From positions 1 through 24,578 of IMG/VR virus record IMGVR_UViG_3300032247_000350: a stretch of DNA of 24,578 bases. One strand, written 5' to 3'. Under the pieces are notes generated by a model, which worked only from the letters and a program-made list of their open reading frames with translations, made no database searches and was not told where the DNA came from. Position numbers and translations under genes: made by a program. Of the stretch, positions 8,009 to 15,842 are shown piece by piece (the first letter of the stretch is position 1; each line of letters starts with the position of its first letter). The stretch is from a virus. Lineage: Duplodnaviria; Caudoviricetes.

Positions 8009-8127
8009 TTTGTCCTTCCGGCCTCTTCGGCGGCTGACATATCGGAATATCGTGGCAGAGGGTTATTATCAGCGTGCTTGCTTGGCGAGCAAGAACACAA
8101 GAAAAGAGATAAAACAAAGACGAGCAT
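8005..8127 (-). CDS. Small putative lipoprotein (40 aa)
   Basis: My translation MLVFVLSLFLCSCSPSKHADNNPLPRYSDMSAAEEAGRTK; lipobox-like LCSC; TTGATA 13 nt upstream. Confidence 0.5.
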   Translation of the reverse strand: MLVFVLSLFLCSCSPSKHADNNPLPRYSDMSAAEEAGRTK

Positions 8128-8140
8128 AATGTTATTATAA

Positions 8141-8146
8141 TATCAA
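8141..8146 (-). promoter_or_regulatory. TTGATA variant of the element, 13 nt upstream of ATG 8127
   Basis: TTGATA ttataataacatt ATG. Confidence 0.4.
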
Positions 8147-8147
8147 G

Positions 8148-8570
8148 TTATGACGGCGTGCAGATAACGCTCATTCTCAATCCCCTTTGCCAAGCCCTTT
8201 TTGATGTCTTAATTGTTGGAGTTTGGCCAGTTATTCGTGCTGTATAAATCTTGGTGTTTGATATGTTGTTTTGTATTTTAGTAAATAGAGGTGGTGTTTC
8301 AGAATAAAAAGATTCAAAAATTGAGCAGTATTTAGCGTCAAAATTGGCTTGGCTAATCTTTGCGGATGTATCAGAGTAATCAATCGAAACATTTACCTCA
8401 TAAACACCAGTATAATTGCCCAACACTTGCCCGGTAACAGAAGCAGAAATTGTGGCAGATGGGAATAGCTTTGCACCTATTCTATTTGTTTTATAGACAT
8501 TGAGACCAGAAACCGCAGAAAGCAAATTAGCAATCGCATCCTCTACATTGATTTGAACGCTATTGCTCAT
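8148..8570 (-). CDS. Tail terminator-like protein, paralogue 2
   Basis: Likely start MSNSVQ at 8570 (ATGA overlap) rather than 8615; colinear similarity to 8567..8983. Confidence 0.55.
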   Translation of the reverse strand: MSNSVQINVEDAIANLLSAVSGLNVYKTNRIGAKLFPSATISASVTGQVLGNYTGVYEVNVSIDYSDTSAKISQANFDAKYCSIFESFYSETPPLFTKIQNNISNTKIYTARITGQTPTIKTSKRAWQRGLRMSVICTPS

Positions 8571-8983
8571 TTTTTTGCAGTGGCCATAATATCCAAAGTC
8601 ATAGCTCTTGACCAAGTTCTATTCTGTCCTATGACTGACGGACTATCATCGGTAACTTTTGCTACATAAAAAGTAATGTTTGAATTGCTTGTTAGGTAAC
8701 TTGCCAAGTCTGGTGAGCGATAAAGCTGTTCTAAAATACTATAAAACTTTGAGTCAAAATCTGCTCGTGCCGTTGTGTCTGCTCTTGCAACATAGGTAAT
8801 AGATGCAGGGGTCTTGAATACGCCAGAAAAGGGAGAAAGTTCCTCGCTTCCAATGCTGGCTTGAACGGTTACGCTTGGCATAGTCCGAGCCGTGCCTCTT
8901 TCGCTTGTATAGAAGTTCACACCAGTAACGCCAGAAACTACATTAAGGAGGGCGTTTTCTACCTCCCTCTCAATCGAGGCCAT
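8567..8983 (-). CDS. Tail terminator-like protein (lambda gpU / SPP1 gp17-type), paralogue 1
   Basis: 138 aa; N-terminal helix, PSVTV strand, central helix, C-terminal strands; follows the head-closure gene. Confidence 0.55.
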   Translation of the reverse strand: MASIEREVENALLNVVSGVTGVNFYTSERGTARTMPSVTVQASIGSEELSPFSGVFKTPASITYVARADTTARADFDSKFYSILEQLYRSPDLASYLTSNSNITFYVAKVTDDSPSVIGQNRTWSRAMTLDIMATAKK

Positions 8984-9300
8984 TAGGTTGTAATCTCCGC
9001 AAGGTCGATGGTATAGGAAAGGCCATCTGTGCTTTGCGAAAATCCTCCAACCATACGCTCCACGCCACTCACGGTGCAGAGCGAACCGATGCTAGGGGCA
9101 GAAATTGACGAAGTCAAAACGACTAGGCTTTGTGTAACCCTAAACACTTCTCCGCCTATCTCAAGCTCGCTTGCTGTTGTTAAGTCTGTTACTGACGCTG
9201 AAACTGCACTCGTACCCAATCCAGTCACGCTTTGATATAGGTCTGCGATCATATAAGAAAGATCGGTTGCAAAGTAGGAGGTGCTGATAGTTCCAGCCAT
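8983..9300 (-). CDS. Head-closure / head-tail joining protein (lambda FII-like)
   Basis: 105 aa beta-rich, APSIGSLCTVSGVERMV...DGLSYTIDL pattern typical of FII-like proteins; position fits. Confidence 0.55.
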   Translation of the reverse strand: MAGTISTSYFATDLSYMIADLYQSVTGLGTSAVSASVTDLTTASELEIGGEVFRVTQSLVVLTSSISAPSIGSLCTVSGVERMVGGFSQSTDGLSYTIDLAEITT

Positions 9301-9314
9301 AAACCCACTCCTTA

Positions 9315-9320
9315 TGTCAA
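9315..9320 (-). promoter_or_regulatory. TTGACA element, 14 nt upstream of ATG 9300
   Basis: TTGACA taaggagtgggttt ATG; its TGA is also the stop codon of the upstream gene. Confidence 0.6.
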
Positions 9321-10060
9321 TTCTGGGGAGCGTATATCCCTAAAACTCTATCTGTTATATAAATGCCTCCAATACTTTTGTTAAATTGAATATGTTCACA
9401 ATCTGTTCCTGTATATCTTTTCGCCCTTACTTTACTCGCCTTATAAAAAGCCATCCCGCCAAAGGCTGAATTAGCAAACATCGCCTTGCTCACGGAACTT
9501 TTATCTGCCTTCTTAAATTCATCTTTTGTGTCTGGATATTGCATATCACCCGCCCAATGCGGTCTTGTTCCATCCTTAAACTCAACGGCCAATAAATCGT
9601 AATACACCCAGTCTTTCCCAGCATATTTAATTGTTTCACCCGGATGCCAAGGAACATATGGCTTTGGCATTAGCCCCATAATTGATTCTGCTTCCTTTTC
9701 TGGAAAATATGAATCTAGTCCAGTAAATTGAAATAAGTCTAGGTCTGCAACACATATCCAATCTGGTTGCTCTGCCTCTGCAATCATAAGAGCTTCGTTG
9801 CGAAGATAGGCCATTCTTTCGTATCTTGATAATCCCTCTTCTGGTTTTGAATTATGAATTTGAATAGATGGGCAGAGCTTGGTTAAGGCTTGTAGAATGT
9901 TTGGCGTGTCGTCTGTGCTGTCGTTTTCTAGTATTACCCCAGACAAATCCCAATTCTTCCTTAATGACAAAAGAGATGGGATGTTCGACAATAGTGATCT
10001 TGCACAATTCCTAGCCAATCCGCACAAGAAAAGCTTTGGCTTGCTATACATCATCGACAA
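9317..10060 (-). CDS. GT-A fold glycosyltransferase
   Basis: GLARN, ILENDSTDDT, RYERMAYLRN, DxD motif (ADLD), SAFGGMAFY, DCEH. Confidence 0.8.
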   Translation of the reverse strand: MSMMYSKPKLFLCGLARNCARSLLSNIPSLLSLRKNWDLSGVILENDSTDDTPNILQALTKLCPSIQIHNSKPEEGLSRYERMAYLRNEALMIAEAEQPDWICVADLDLFQFTGLDSYFPEKEAESIMGLMPKPYVPWHPGETIKYAGKDWVYYDLLAVEFKDGTRPHWAGDMQYPDTKDEFKKADKSSVSKAMFANSAFGGMAFYKASKVRAKRYTGTDCEHIQFNKSIGGIYITDRVLGIYAPQN

Positions 10061-10811
10061 CGCTTTTATCTTGAACGTGATGAAAAAATTGGTTCAGCCG
10101 CACTGGGCCGATTGTCTTTTGAAGTTCTTTCCATCCGTCTACCAATCCTTTATAACCATAGAAATCTTCCTTAAACTCGACTTGTTTTTGTGTGGCGTAT
10201 GCATAATGGTTAAAGACTAGCCCCCAAGTTTCTGTAACTCCCTTTGGAACCAGCCTAGATTGAATGTTGAGCCTTGGCGGCTCGTGGCTAGTAAAAGATA
10301 CATTCTTGCCCCATTTCCAAGCCCTCATCCACTCATACCAACTTGAACTATATCCTTCCCTAGTAACTATCTTTTTCTTTTCTCCAACAAAGAAATTACA
10401 AGAAAATTGCATAGTTGCTCCATCTTCCGCACCCTTTATACACTCATAGATTTTTTCAATCTGATCTGCTCTCCACATCTCATCAGCGTCTACCTCCATA
10501 ACAACTCCACCATCTACTCCTTGCAAGGCTTCGTTTATCATCGCCAGCTTGCCGGGGAATGGCTTTGATTGCCAATACAAAGAAACATTATCTTCTTTTA
10601 GGCTAGCAAGATATTCGTGTGTTCCGTCTATGCTGACGCAATCTTTATGCCATTTGTTGGGAACTTGTCTGCACCAGCGAGTGCATCCTAAAGGATCACT
10701 CACCCCCTCAACAATCCTCCACTGCCAAGGGATTTTTAATTTCTTAAACTCTTCTAGGTGCTTATCAATATAAGGCATCCCATTCAGAACTATTGTGAAG
10801 ATGGTCAGCAT
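10044..10811 (-). CDS. GT2-like glycosyltransferase
   Basis: TIVLNGMPYI, IVEG, SIDGTHEYL, VDADE motif, FNHYAY. Confidence 0.8.
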   Translation of the reverse strand: MLTIFTIVLNGMPYIDKHLEEFKKLKIPWQWRIVEGVSDPLGCTRWCRQVPNKWHKDCVSIDGTHEYLASLKEDNVSLYWQSKPFPGKLAMINEALQGVDGGVVMEVDADEMWRADQIEKIYECIKGAEDGATMQFSCNFFVGEKKKIVTREGYSSSWYEWMRAWKWGKNVSFTSHEPPRLNIQSRLVPKGVTETWGLVFNHYAYATQKQVEFKEDFYGYKGLVDGWKELQKTIGPVRLNQFFHHVQDKSVVDDV

Positions 10812-11416
10812 AGTTGAAATATGGCCGCACCATTACGAACAGACCAATCCTCCCATAGCAGTTTCGCAAAGTCTTTAAGTTTGTGATAGTTTGTCCAGTT
10901 CTTCATAGCGTTAATATCGTCCAAGGCGATGATTGCTTTGTCTGCCAAGAATGGTCTTACACATCGCAATTCACATTCACCAGAAAATTCGCAACCATCG
11001 ATCAGCACAAAGTTAAAATCTACATTATGCTCAAAGTGAATATCTTCGATTGCGTTTGTATCGTAGGATTTGGAAGTTTCAATACACTCATCATACCAAC
11101 CAAGAATTTGCTCAAGAGGATATTGATTTATGCTTGTTCTAGTTGTGCTATAAAACTCCTCAATCTCATTCCTTTTCATCCATAGCCCAGAAATAACCGC
11201 TGTACCCTGCACCGAAACCCCACCCTTTGCCTCAAGGTTCATTCGATGTCTGCCTATGCGATCTGGGTGATTCTCTATGCTGAATAGCTTATCTGTGTGA
11301 ATGCATTGAGTCGAGCCATCGCCAGTTCCACCGCCTATTTCTAGGCCAATACCAAGCCCCTTCGTATGCCTTACGAGGGCTTGCCCAAACGAATCATTGA
11401 TGGTTACTTCTTGCAT
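10805..11416 (-). CDS. Class I SAM-dependent methyltransferase, probably acting on sugar
   Basis: LEIGGGTGDGST (motif I), SIE, VLIDG, IALDD; embedded among glycosyltransferases. Confidence 0.7.
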   Translation of the reverse strand: MQEVTINDSFGQALVRHTKGLGIGLEIGGGTGDGSTQCIHTDKLFSIENHPDRIGRHRMNLEAKGGVSVQGTAVISGLWMKRNEIEEFYSTTRTSINQYPLEQILGWYDECIETSKSYDTNAIEDIHFEHNVDFNFVLIDGCEFSGECELRCVRPFLADKAIIALDDINAMKNWTNYHKLKDFAKLLWEDWSVRNGAAIFQLC

Positions 11417-11646
11417 TTTAATTTCTCCTCTAAAGCTTTGCGAATCACATAGGCAATCACGGCTTCCTTATCGTGCTTCAATGCAATCATTCCTGCTTTG
11501 TATAAGTCTTTCTCGGCTTTCTCGTCATAGCTTACATCCACATCAACCATCGGAGGAACTGGCCGAGCCTTGCCAAAGCGAATGATTCCAGACTTACGAC
11601 CAGTTTTGGCTTTTGCGTTTTTCATAGATGGCCTTGCCTTTTTCAT
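11404..11646 (-). CDS. Small basic hypothetical protein
   Basis: 80 aa (start may be the later MKNAK); fills the gap between glycosyltransferase and methyltransferase genes. Confidence 0.5.
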   Translation of the reverse strand: MKKARPSMKNAKAKTGRKSGIIRFGKARPVPPMVDVDVSYDEKAEKDLYKAGMIALKHDKEAVIAYVIRKALEEKLKCKK

Positions 11647-13246
11647 AAAATTCTGGCTTGTTGTGGTTCTTTAACTGCTCGTCTGCTTGTCCACCGGTGA
11701 ACATAGGGTTTTCGTGCTTAAAGACTAAATCCTTGGCTTCAATAACCACTCCATCCGAATAGGCTCTTTCGGTAAATTCATTATCGGAATAGATGCCATC
11801 TGAACCTTGATAATCTGGATGGAACATATAACCCTGCTTTTGAAGCCTAGATTGCGTCATAATGGCCATACAGAGGAGTTTGTCTTGGCGAAGCCCATCT
11901 GATACTGCCAGCACTTTCTCTTGCGTTGTGTCCCCAATAGCGTTCGAAATTAGGGCATCCCAATGACGAGGAGGACTCCAATCATCGCTCATTTGAACTA
12001 TAATGCTCCCCTTGGCTAGTTTCGCCCCTGCGTTCCAAGCATTGATAATCCCACCCGGATTTACTCGAATGGCTTGGTGCGGGGTGTAGTCTATGGCTTC
12101 ATCGTGATCAACCATAAATAGCCATTCAATTTCTAGGGGATTTTGAGCCAAGGAAAGCCACTGCCAGCGTCTTTGCCAAGCAATCTGTGGCCTCCCCTTT
12201 GTTGCGTGAATAATGCTTATCTTGGGTGCTGGCCGCATCTTCTTAATCTTTTCAGCCTCACTAGCCTCTCCAACACATATCGAGGCCGTTTCATATAAAT
12301 CCATCGCTTGCCAGTTGTAAATTGCTTCTACAAGATTCCAGTAGTGAACCTTTGGCCTATGAAGAGTCAAGCAAGACCGCATAGCCCCATAGGTCTTGAG
12401 CCAATTCCCCTTTCCAGAATAGTGATTAGCTATATAAAAATAAGCCTCTCTCCTATCTGGGTTTAATGCTACTGCCTCACCAAGCCATTTTAGCCTTTCA
12501 TTGTCTGGCGTGATTCTGCCTAAATTGCAAAGCACATCATATCGAAGCGTATCCTCTAGCTCTGCGAACATAAGAGCCTTCTTGCTCGACTCTATGCATT
12601 TCTCATATTGATTCGACAAGAAGTATTCTTGAGCTTGGTAATAAAGGGAGTTAGGTGTAGGAACAAGCGTGTCGGCCAATATGTTAAAGTTTCTTTCCGC
12701 ACTTCTTGGCTTATATCCGTGTGGCTTGTGGATACGAAAAATCTTATCTACGCCAATCGTCTTGTTTGGCTCTTTTGTGACAAGCATCTCGTGAACTCTG
12801 TTTTTCCATCTGCAAGTGCCTTTCTTTGAAATTTCTTCTCGAAGGGGTAACAAACCAGCATTTTCCACCCAATATTTTAATGCCACTAGGTGAGCGTCTT
12901 TTTGAATGGCTAGGTCAATAGCCTCTTCGACCACTTTCGCCCCATCCTCGACCATTACATCGTCACAATCGACCCATAAACACCAGTCACTCGAACACGC
13001 CTCAAGAGCCGTATTCCTAGCCGTGGCAAAATCGTCTATATGATTCCAGTCATCCCTTTGGTTCTTATAGTGAACAATCTTTGCCCCCAACCCGCTTGCA
13101 ATCTCTTCGGTTTTGTCGGGCGTAGCTGACCCCCTAGAAATACATACAACCATTTCTTTTGCGATAGGGGCAAATGACTTGAGGCAACGCTCAATGTAAT
13201 CTTCTTCATTACCGGCAATCAAATAAAGTGAAATAGGATATTTCAT
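11594..13246 (-). CDS. Glycosyltransferase with GT2 + TPR + second GT-A domain
   Basis: IAGNEEDYIERCLKS, DFATARNTAL, WVDCDD, WKNRVHE (GT2); TPR-like LYYQAQEY and ALNPDRREAYFYIA; second domain ISIIHATKGRP, NAWNAGAK, QMSDD, YSDNEFT. Confidence 0.85.
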   Translation of the reverse strand: MKYPISLYLIAGNEEDYIERCLKSFAPIAKEMVVCISRGSATPDKTEEIASGLGAKIVHYKNQRDDWNHIDDFATARNTALEACSSDWCLWVDCDDVMVEDGAKVVEEAIDLAIQKDAHLVALKYWVENAGLLPLREEISKKGTCRWKNRVHEMLVTKEPNKTIGVDKIFRIHKPHGYKPRSAERNFNILADTLVPTPNSLYYQAQEYFLSNQYEKCIESSKKALMFAELEDTLRYDVLCNLGRITPDNERLKWLGEAVALNPDRREAYFYIANHYSGKGNWLKTYGAMRSCLTLHRPKVHYWNLVEAIYNWQAMDLYETASICVGEASEAEKIKKMRPAPKISIIHATKGRPQIAWQRRWQWLSLAQNPLEIEWLFMVDHDEAIDYTPHQAIRVNPGGIINAWNAGAKLAKGSIIVQMSDDWSPPRHWDALISNAIGDTTQEKVLAVSDGLRQDKLLCMAIMTQSRLQKQGYMFHPDYQGSDGIYSDNEFTERAYSDGVVIEAKDLVFKHENPMFTGGQADEQLKNHNKPEFYEKGKAIYEKRKSQNWS

Positions 13247-13275
13247 TTAGAATAGGATTTCTAACCGCTAAAGGA

Positions 13276-13281
13276 TGTCAA
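13276..13281 (-). promoter_or_regulatory. TTGACA element upstream of the glycosylation cluster (29 nt before ATG)
   Basis: TTGACA tcctttagcggtta GAAATCCTA ttctaa ATG. Confidence 0.5.
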
Positions 13282-13302
13282 TTATATGTGTTTAGTTATT
13301 CA

Positions 13303-13689
13303 TCAAACGGAGGTAATAGTTATGGATGGCGACCATCCATTTATCGGAACATTATTTGCATCCGTGCTTGTATTTTCTGAGTAAATTGTAACTCCATCAC
13401 TTCCTGAAGCCAAAACCCAATCATTACCAGTATAATCGCCATTATTATTTGAATTGCCGGGTGATGTAATGTAAAATACTCCAACACCTAATAAATAATT
13501 ATATGTCCCAGAATTAGGTGCTGGTGTGTAAAGTCCTGCTAAATTTGTTTTTGTGTATGTTCCGTCAGCACCACTAGACCCAGTAACTATGATTTGTGCT
13601 GGCAATCCAAATGGGGGTGCTGATGTTCCAACAACAACGATTGCTGTTCTGCTTCCACTTATGGAGGCTCCGTAGCCATAACCAGCCAT
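13303..13689 (-). CDS. Gly/Ser/Thr-rich putative virion surface protein
   Basis: 128 aa beta-rich; downstream of the capsid gene. Confidence 0.5.
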   Translation of the reverse strand: MAGYGYGASISGSRTAIVVVGTSAPPFGLPAQIIVTGSSGADGTYTKTNLAGLYTPAPNSGTYNYLLGVGVFYITSPGNSNNNGDYTGNDWVLASGSDGVTIYSENTSTDANNVPINGWSPSITITSV

Positions 13690-13690
13690 T

Positions 13691-13981
13691 TTAGCCTCCG
13701 ATTGCTAGAACTACACCAGAATGAATTTGAAAATTGGAAACATTTCCAGCGATATAAGCACCAGCGGGAATAGTCGTTGCACTAGCCAATGTTGTATTTG
13801 CAATCGCACTCATACCAGTTACGGTAGATGTGATTGAATAAAACTTTGTTTCAGTAATAGCAACTAGACCAGCGAATGTTCCAGCAACAGAGCTTGTCGT
13901 TGTTGTAACATATCTAGTTCCAGTTCTTGCGGCGTGTGCAATCTGATCATAATAAGGTTCGGAATTTGAAAGGTCTGACAT
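13691..13981 (-). CDS. Thr/Ser-rich small putative virion protein
   Basis: 96 aa, TTTTSS tract, C-terminal TIPAGAYIAG...IHSGVVLA beta pattern. Confidence 0.55.
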   Translation of the reverse strand: MSDLSNSEPYYDQIAHAARTGTRYVTTTTSSVAGTFAGLVAITETKFYSITSTVTGMSAIANTTLASATTIPAGAYIAGNVSNFQIHSGVVLAIGG

Positions 13982-13997
13982 AATTCTATTACTCTTG

Positions 13998-14003
13998 TGT
14001 CAA
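13998..14003 (-). promoter_or_regulatory. TTGACA element, 16 nt upstream of ATG 13981
   Basis: TTGACA caagagtaatagaatt ATG; begins within the U-tract of the capsid terminator. Confidence 0.6.
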
Positions 14004-14037
14004 AGAAAAGGGGGGAGAGCTTTCGCCCTCCCCCCTT
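14002..14037 (-). terminator. Rho-independent terminator after the major capsid gene
   Basis: Minus strand AAGGGGGGAGGGC-GAAA-GCTCTCCCCCCTT followed by TTCTTT. Confidence 0.85.
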
Positions 14038-14063
14038 ATTCGGAGGAAACAACCAACCAATCT

Positions 14064-15026
14064 TTAGCTGTAAGTCGTGGTGATACGAACAGCGGCGTTC
14101 GCATCAATGACTTTCTCGGCTGTGTTCATACGAACACGGAGAACATTGGATCGACGAGCCTCGTCACGATAGCTCTCGGAGACGAAACCACCCGGAGCGT
14201 CATCAGACCAGACCAAGGTGCGACCCAATCCACCAGCAGTGAACTGACCGCTACCAACATTGGCAACGATGATCTTGCTATCGGGAACGATGAACGAGCC
14301 AGAGTAGCTCTTGTTCTTGTTCGCTGTGTTGTAAGCGGCACGTCCGATGTAAACATTGTCCACGCCGAAAGCGAGTGCAATCTGTTTCTCATCGAGCAAA
14401 CGCCCACCAGTATTCGAAACAACTCCGTAGAATTGATTCTGCAAGAGGGTCGTCCGACGAACACGCTCGTACACGTTGGCACTCATTACGACGCAGTTGG
14501 CTTCATACCCTAATTTATTAAGAGCGAGCTTGCCAGCCGCAACGTCTGCGGGAGCGTTGATGGTTGCCAAGTTAGCTTCGGTGTAGTTAGCCGTGGGGCT
14601 AACGTCAGCCGTGGTGAAGGGGGTCGTTGTCGCCCAGAGCAAGTCAGCCACCCGCTTTTCGTGGGAGAGCTTAACCTGACGGAGCAAGAACTTCGCTGTT
14701 TCTGCCTCGATTGCGAAGAAGCGTGAAGCATCCGAACGGAAGGAATCATCCAACAATTCCTCTAGGCCGGTCTCTTGGCAATCGTAGGTATCAGAAGTGA
14801 ATTTCCGAACCGCACGAGCGTATTCAGCACCAGCATTCCGCTTGGCCGCATCAGCGTTCAAGAGGTCAGCATCAGCCGTCTGCACTTTGAGGTAAACACC
14901 ACTCTTTGCCGAAACTGGCAAGAGAGGCATAATGTCCGCACCAATCAATCCGATTTCAGCGGGTGCTTCGATGAGGGCTTGGTTAATATCAGCACGAATG
15001 GTCGTGCCACCAGAAATAAAGCTCAT
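14064..15026 (-). CDS. Major capsid protein (HK97 fold, lambda gpE-like)
   Basis: 320 aa; IMPLLPV, TYDCQETGLEE, LSHEKRVADL; follows protease/scaffold and decoration genes; followed by a strong terminator. Confidence 0.85.
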   Translation of the reverse strand: MSFISGGTTIRADINQALIEAPAEIGLIGADIMPLLPVSAKSGVYLKVQTADADLLNADAAKRNAGAEYARAVRKFTSDTYDCQETGLEELLDDSFRSDASRFFAIEAETAKFLLRQVKLSHEKRVADLLWATTTPFTTADVSPTANYTEANLATINAPADVAAGKLALNKLGYEANCVVMSANVYERVRRTTLLQNQFYGVVSNTGGRLLDEKQIALAFGVDNVYIGRAAYNTANKNKSYSGSFIVPDSKIIVANVGSGQFTAGGLGRTLVWSDDAPGGFVSESYRDEARRSNVLRVRMNTAEKVIDANAAVRITTTYS

Positions 15027-15063
15027 TTTATATTATTCTTTCTTTGTTTGTTGTTGTTATTGT

Positions 15064-15426
15064 TTAGAACAATGGAATTGCGATTTCGATAACCGCCGAG
15101 GTTGCCGTGGCCGCTTCAAGAGCTATTCCAGCAGTCGACAAGTTAGCCGCAAGCGTAGTCACTTGGCCAGCCGCATCGAAGAACACTGTGTTACCAACTG
15201 CACACGTCCCAGAGACGGTTGCAAAAAAGGTTGGGTGAAGCATCTTGACGCTCACGAAGCCACCAGCGGGAGCATCTTCTTGAGTTACTCCGATGGTTTT
15301 GTTAGCACCAGAAACAGCAACATTTACGAAACCCGCCGTGGTGGTATCGGGGGTAACGAACCGATAAGCCGAAACAGCAGAGGCCGTTCCGAATGTACGG
15401 AAAACATTATCAACTTGAGTAGACAT
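15064..15426 (-). CDS. Capsid decoration / cement protein (DUF2190-like)
   Basis: AVSAYRFV, IGVTQEDA, AVGNTVFFDAAGQV, GIALEAATA..VIEI pattern; between scaffold and capsid genes. Confidence 0.75.
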   Translation of the reverse strand: MSTQVDNVFRTFGTASAVSAYRFVTPDTTTAGFVNVAVSGANKTIGVTQEDAPAGGFVSVKMLHPTFFATVSGTCAVGNTVFFDAAGQVTTLAANLSTAGIALEAATATSAVIEIAIPLF

Positions 15427-15443
15427 TTTAGTTTATCCTTTTG

Positions 15444-15842
15444 TTAGATTTTGATAATGCCACGGCTTTTTGCCTCGGCATATTCAGTGGGGTTAGATAG
15501 CATCACGGCTTGCATAGCCTTGAGCTTTGAAGTTCCGTAATCGCTATGGGCGGCCACGAGTTCTTCAAAAGTTTTGGGTTCAACCTTCGCAGGGGCTTCA
15601 ACAACTGGTGAAGCAGAGATGGGCTTAATGCCAAACTCGGTGAGAACTGCTTTGAGCTTCTCGGCCATCTGCGTGTCATCCTTCTTCACCTTATCTTCGG
15701 GGGAAGGAACATCAGCAACTGGCACGCCTTCGGCCTTATCTTCGGCTTGGTCTGCGGCTTCGTCTGCGGGTTTCATAGCGGCTTCGAGAGCCTCTAGGCG
15801 AGCTTTAAGTTCGCTCAATTCGTCCATATATTTCTTGTCCAT
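15444..15842 (-). CDS. Nested in-frame scaffolding protein (lambda Nu3-like)
   Basis: Internal ATG 15842 (MDKKYMDELSELKARLEALE) preceded by AAGGAG and TTGACA; 132 aa. Confidence 0.7.
   Translation of the reverse strand: MDKKYMDELSELKARLEALEAAMKPADEAADQAEDKAEGVPVADVPSPEDKVKKDDTQMAEKLKAVLTEFGIKPISASPVVEAPAKVEPKTFEELVAAHSDYGTSKLKAMQAVMLSNPTEYAEAKSRGIIKI

Noticed and set aside
8571-8615. Track start at 8615 for the second terminator-like gene
   Set aside because: Alignment with its paralogue and the ATGA overlap support ATG 8570.
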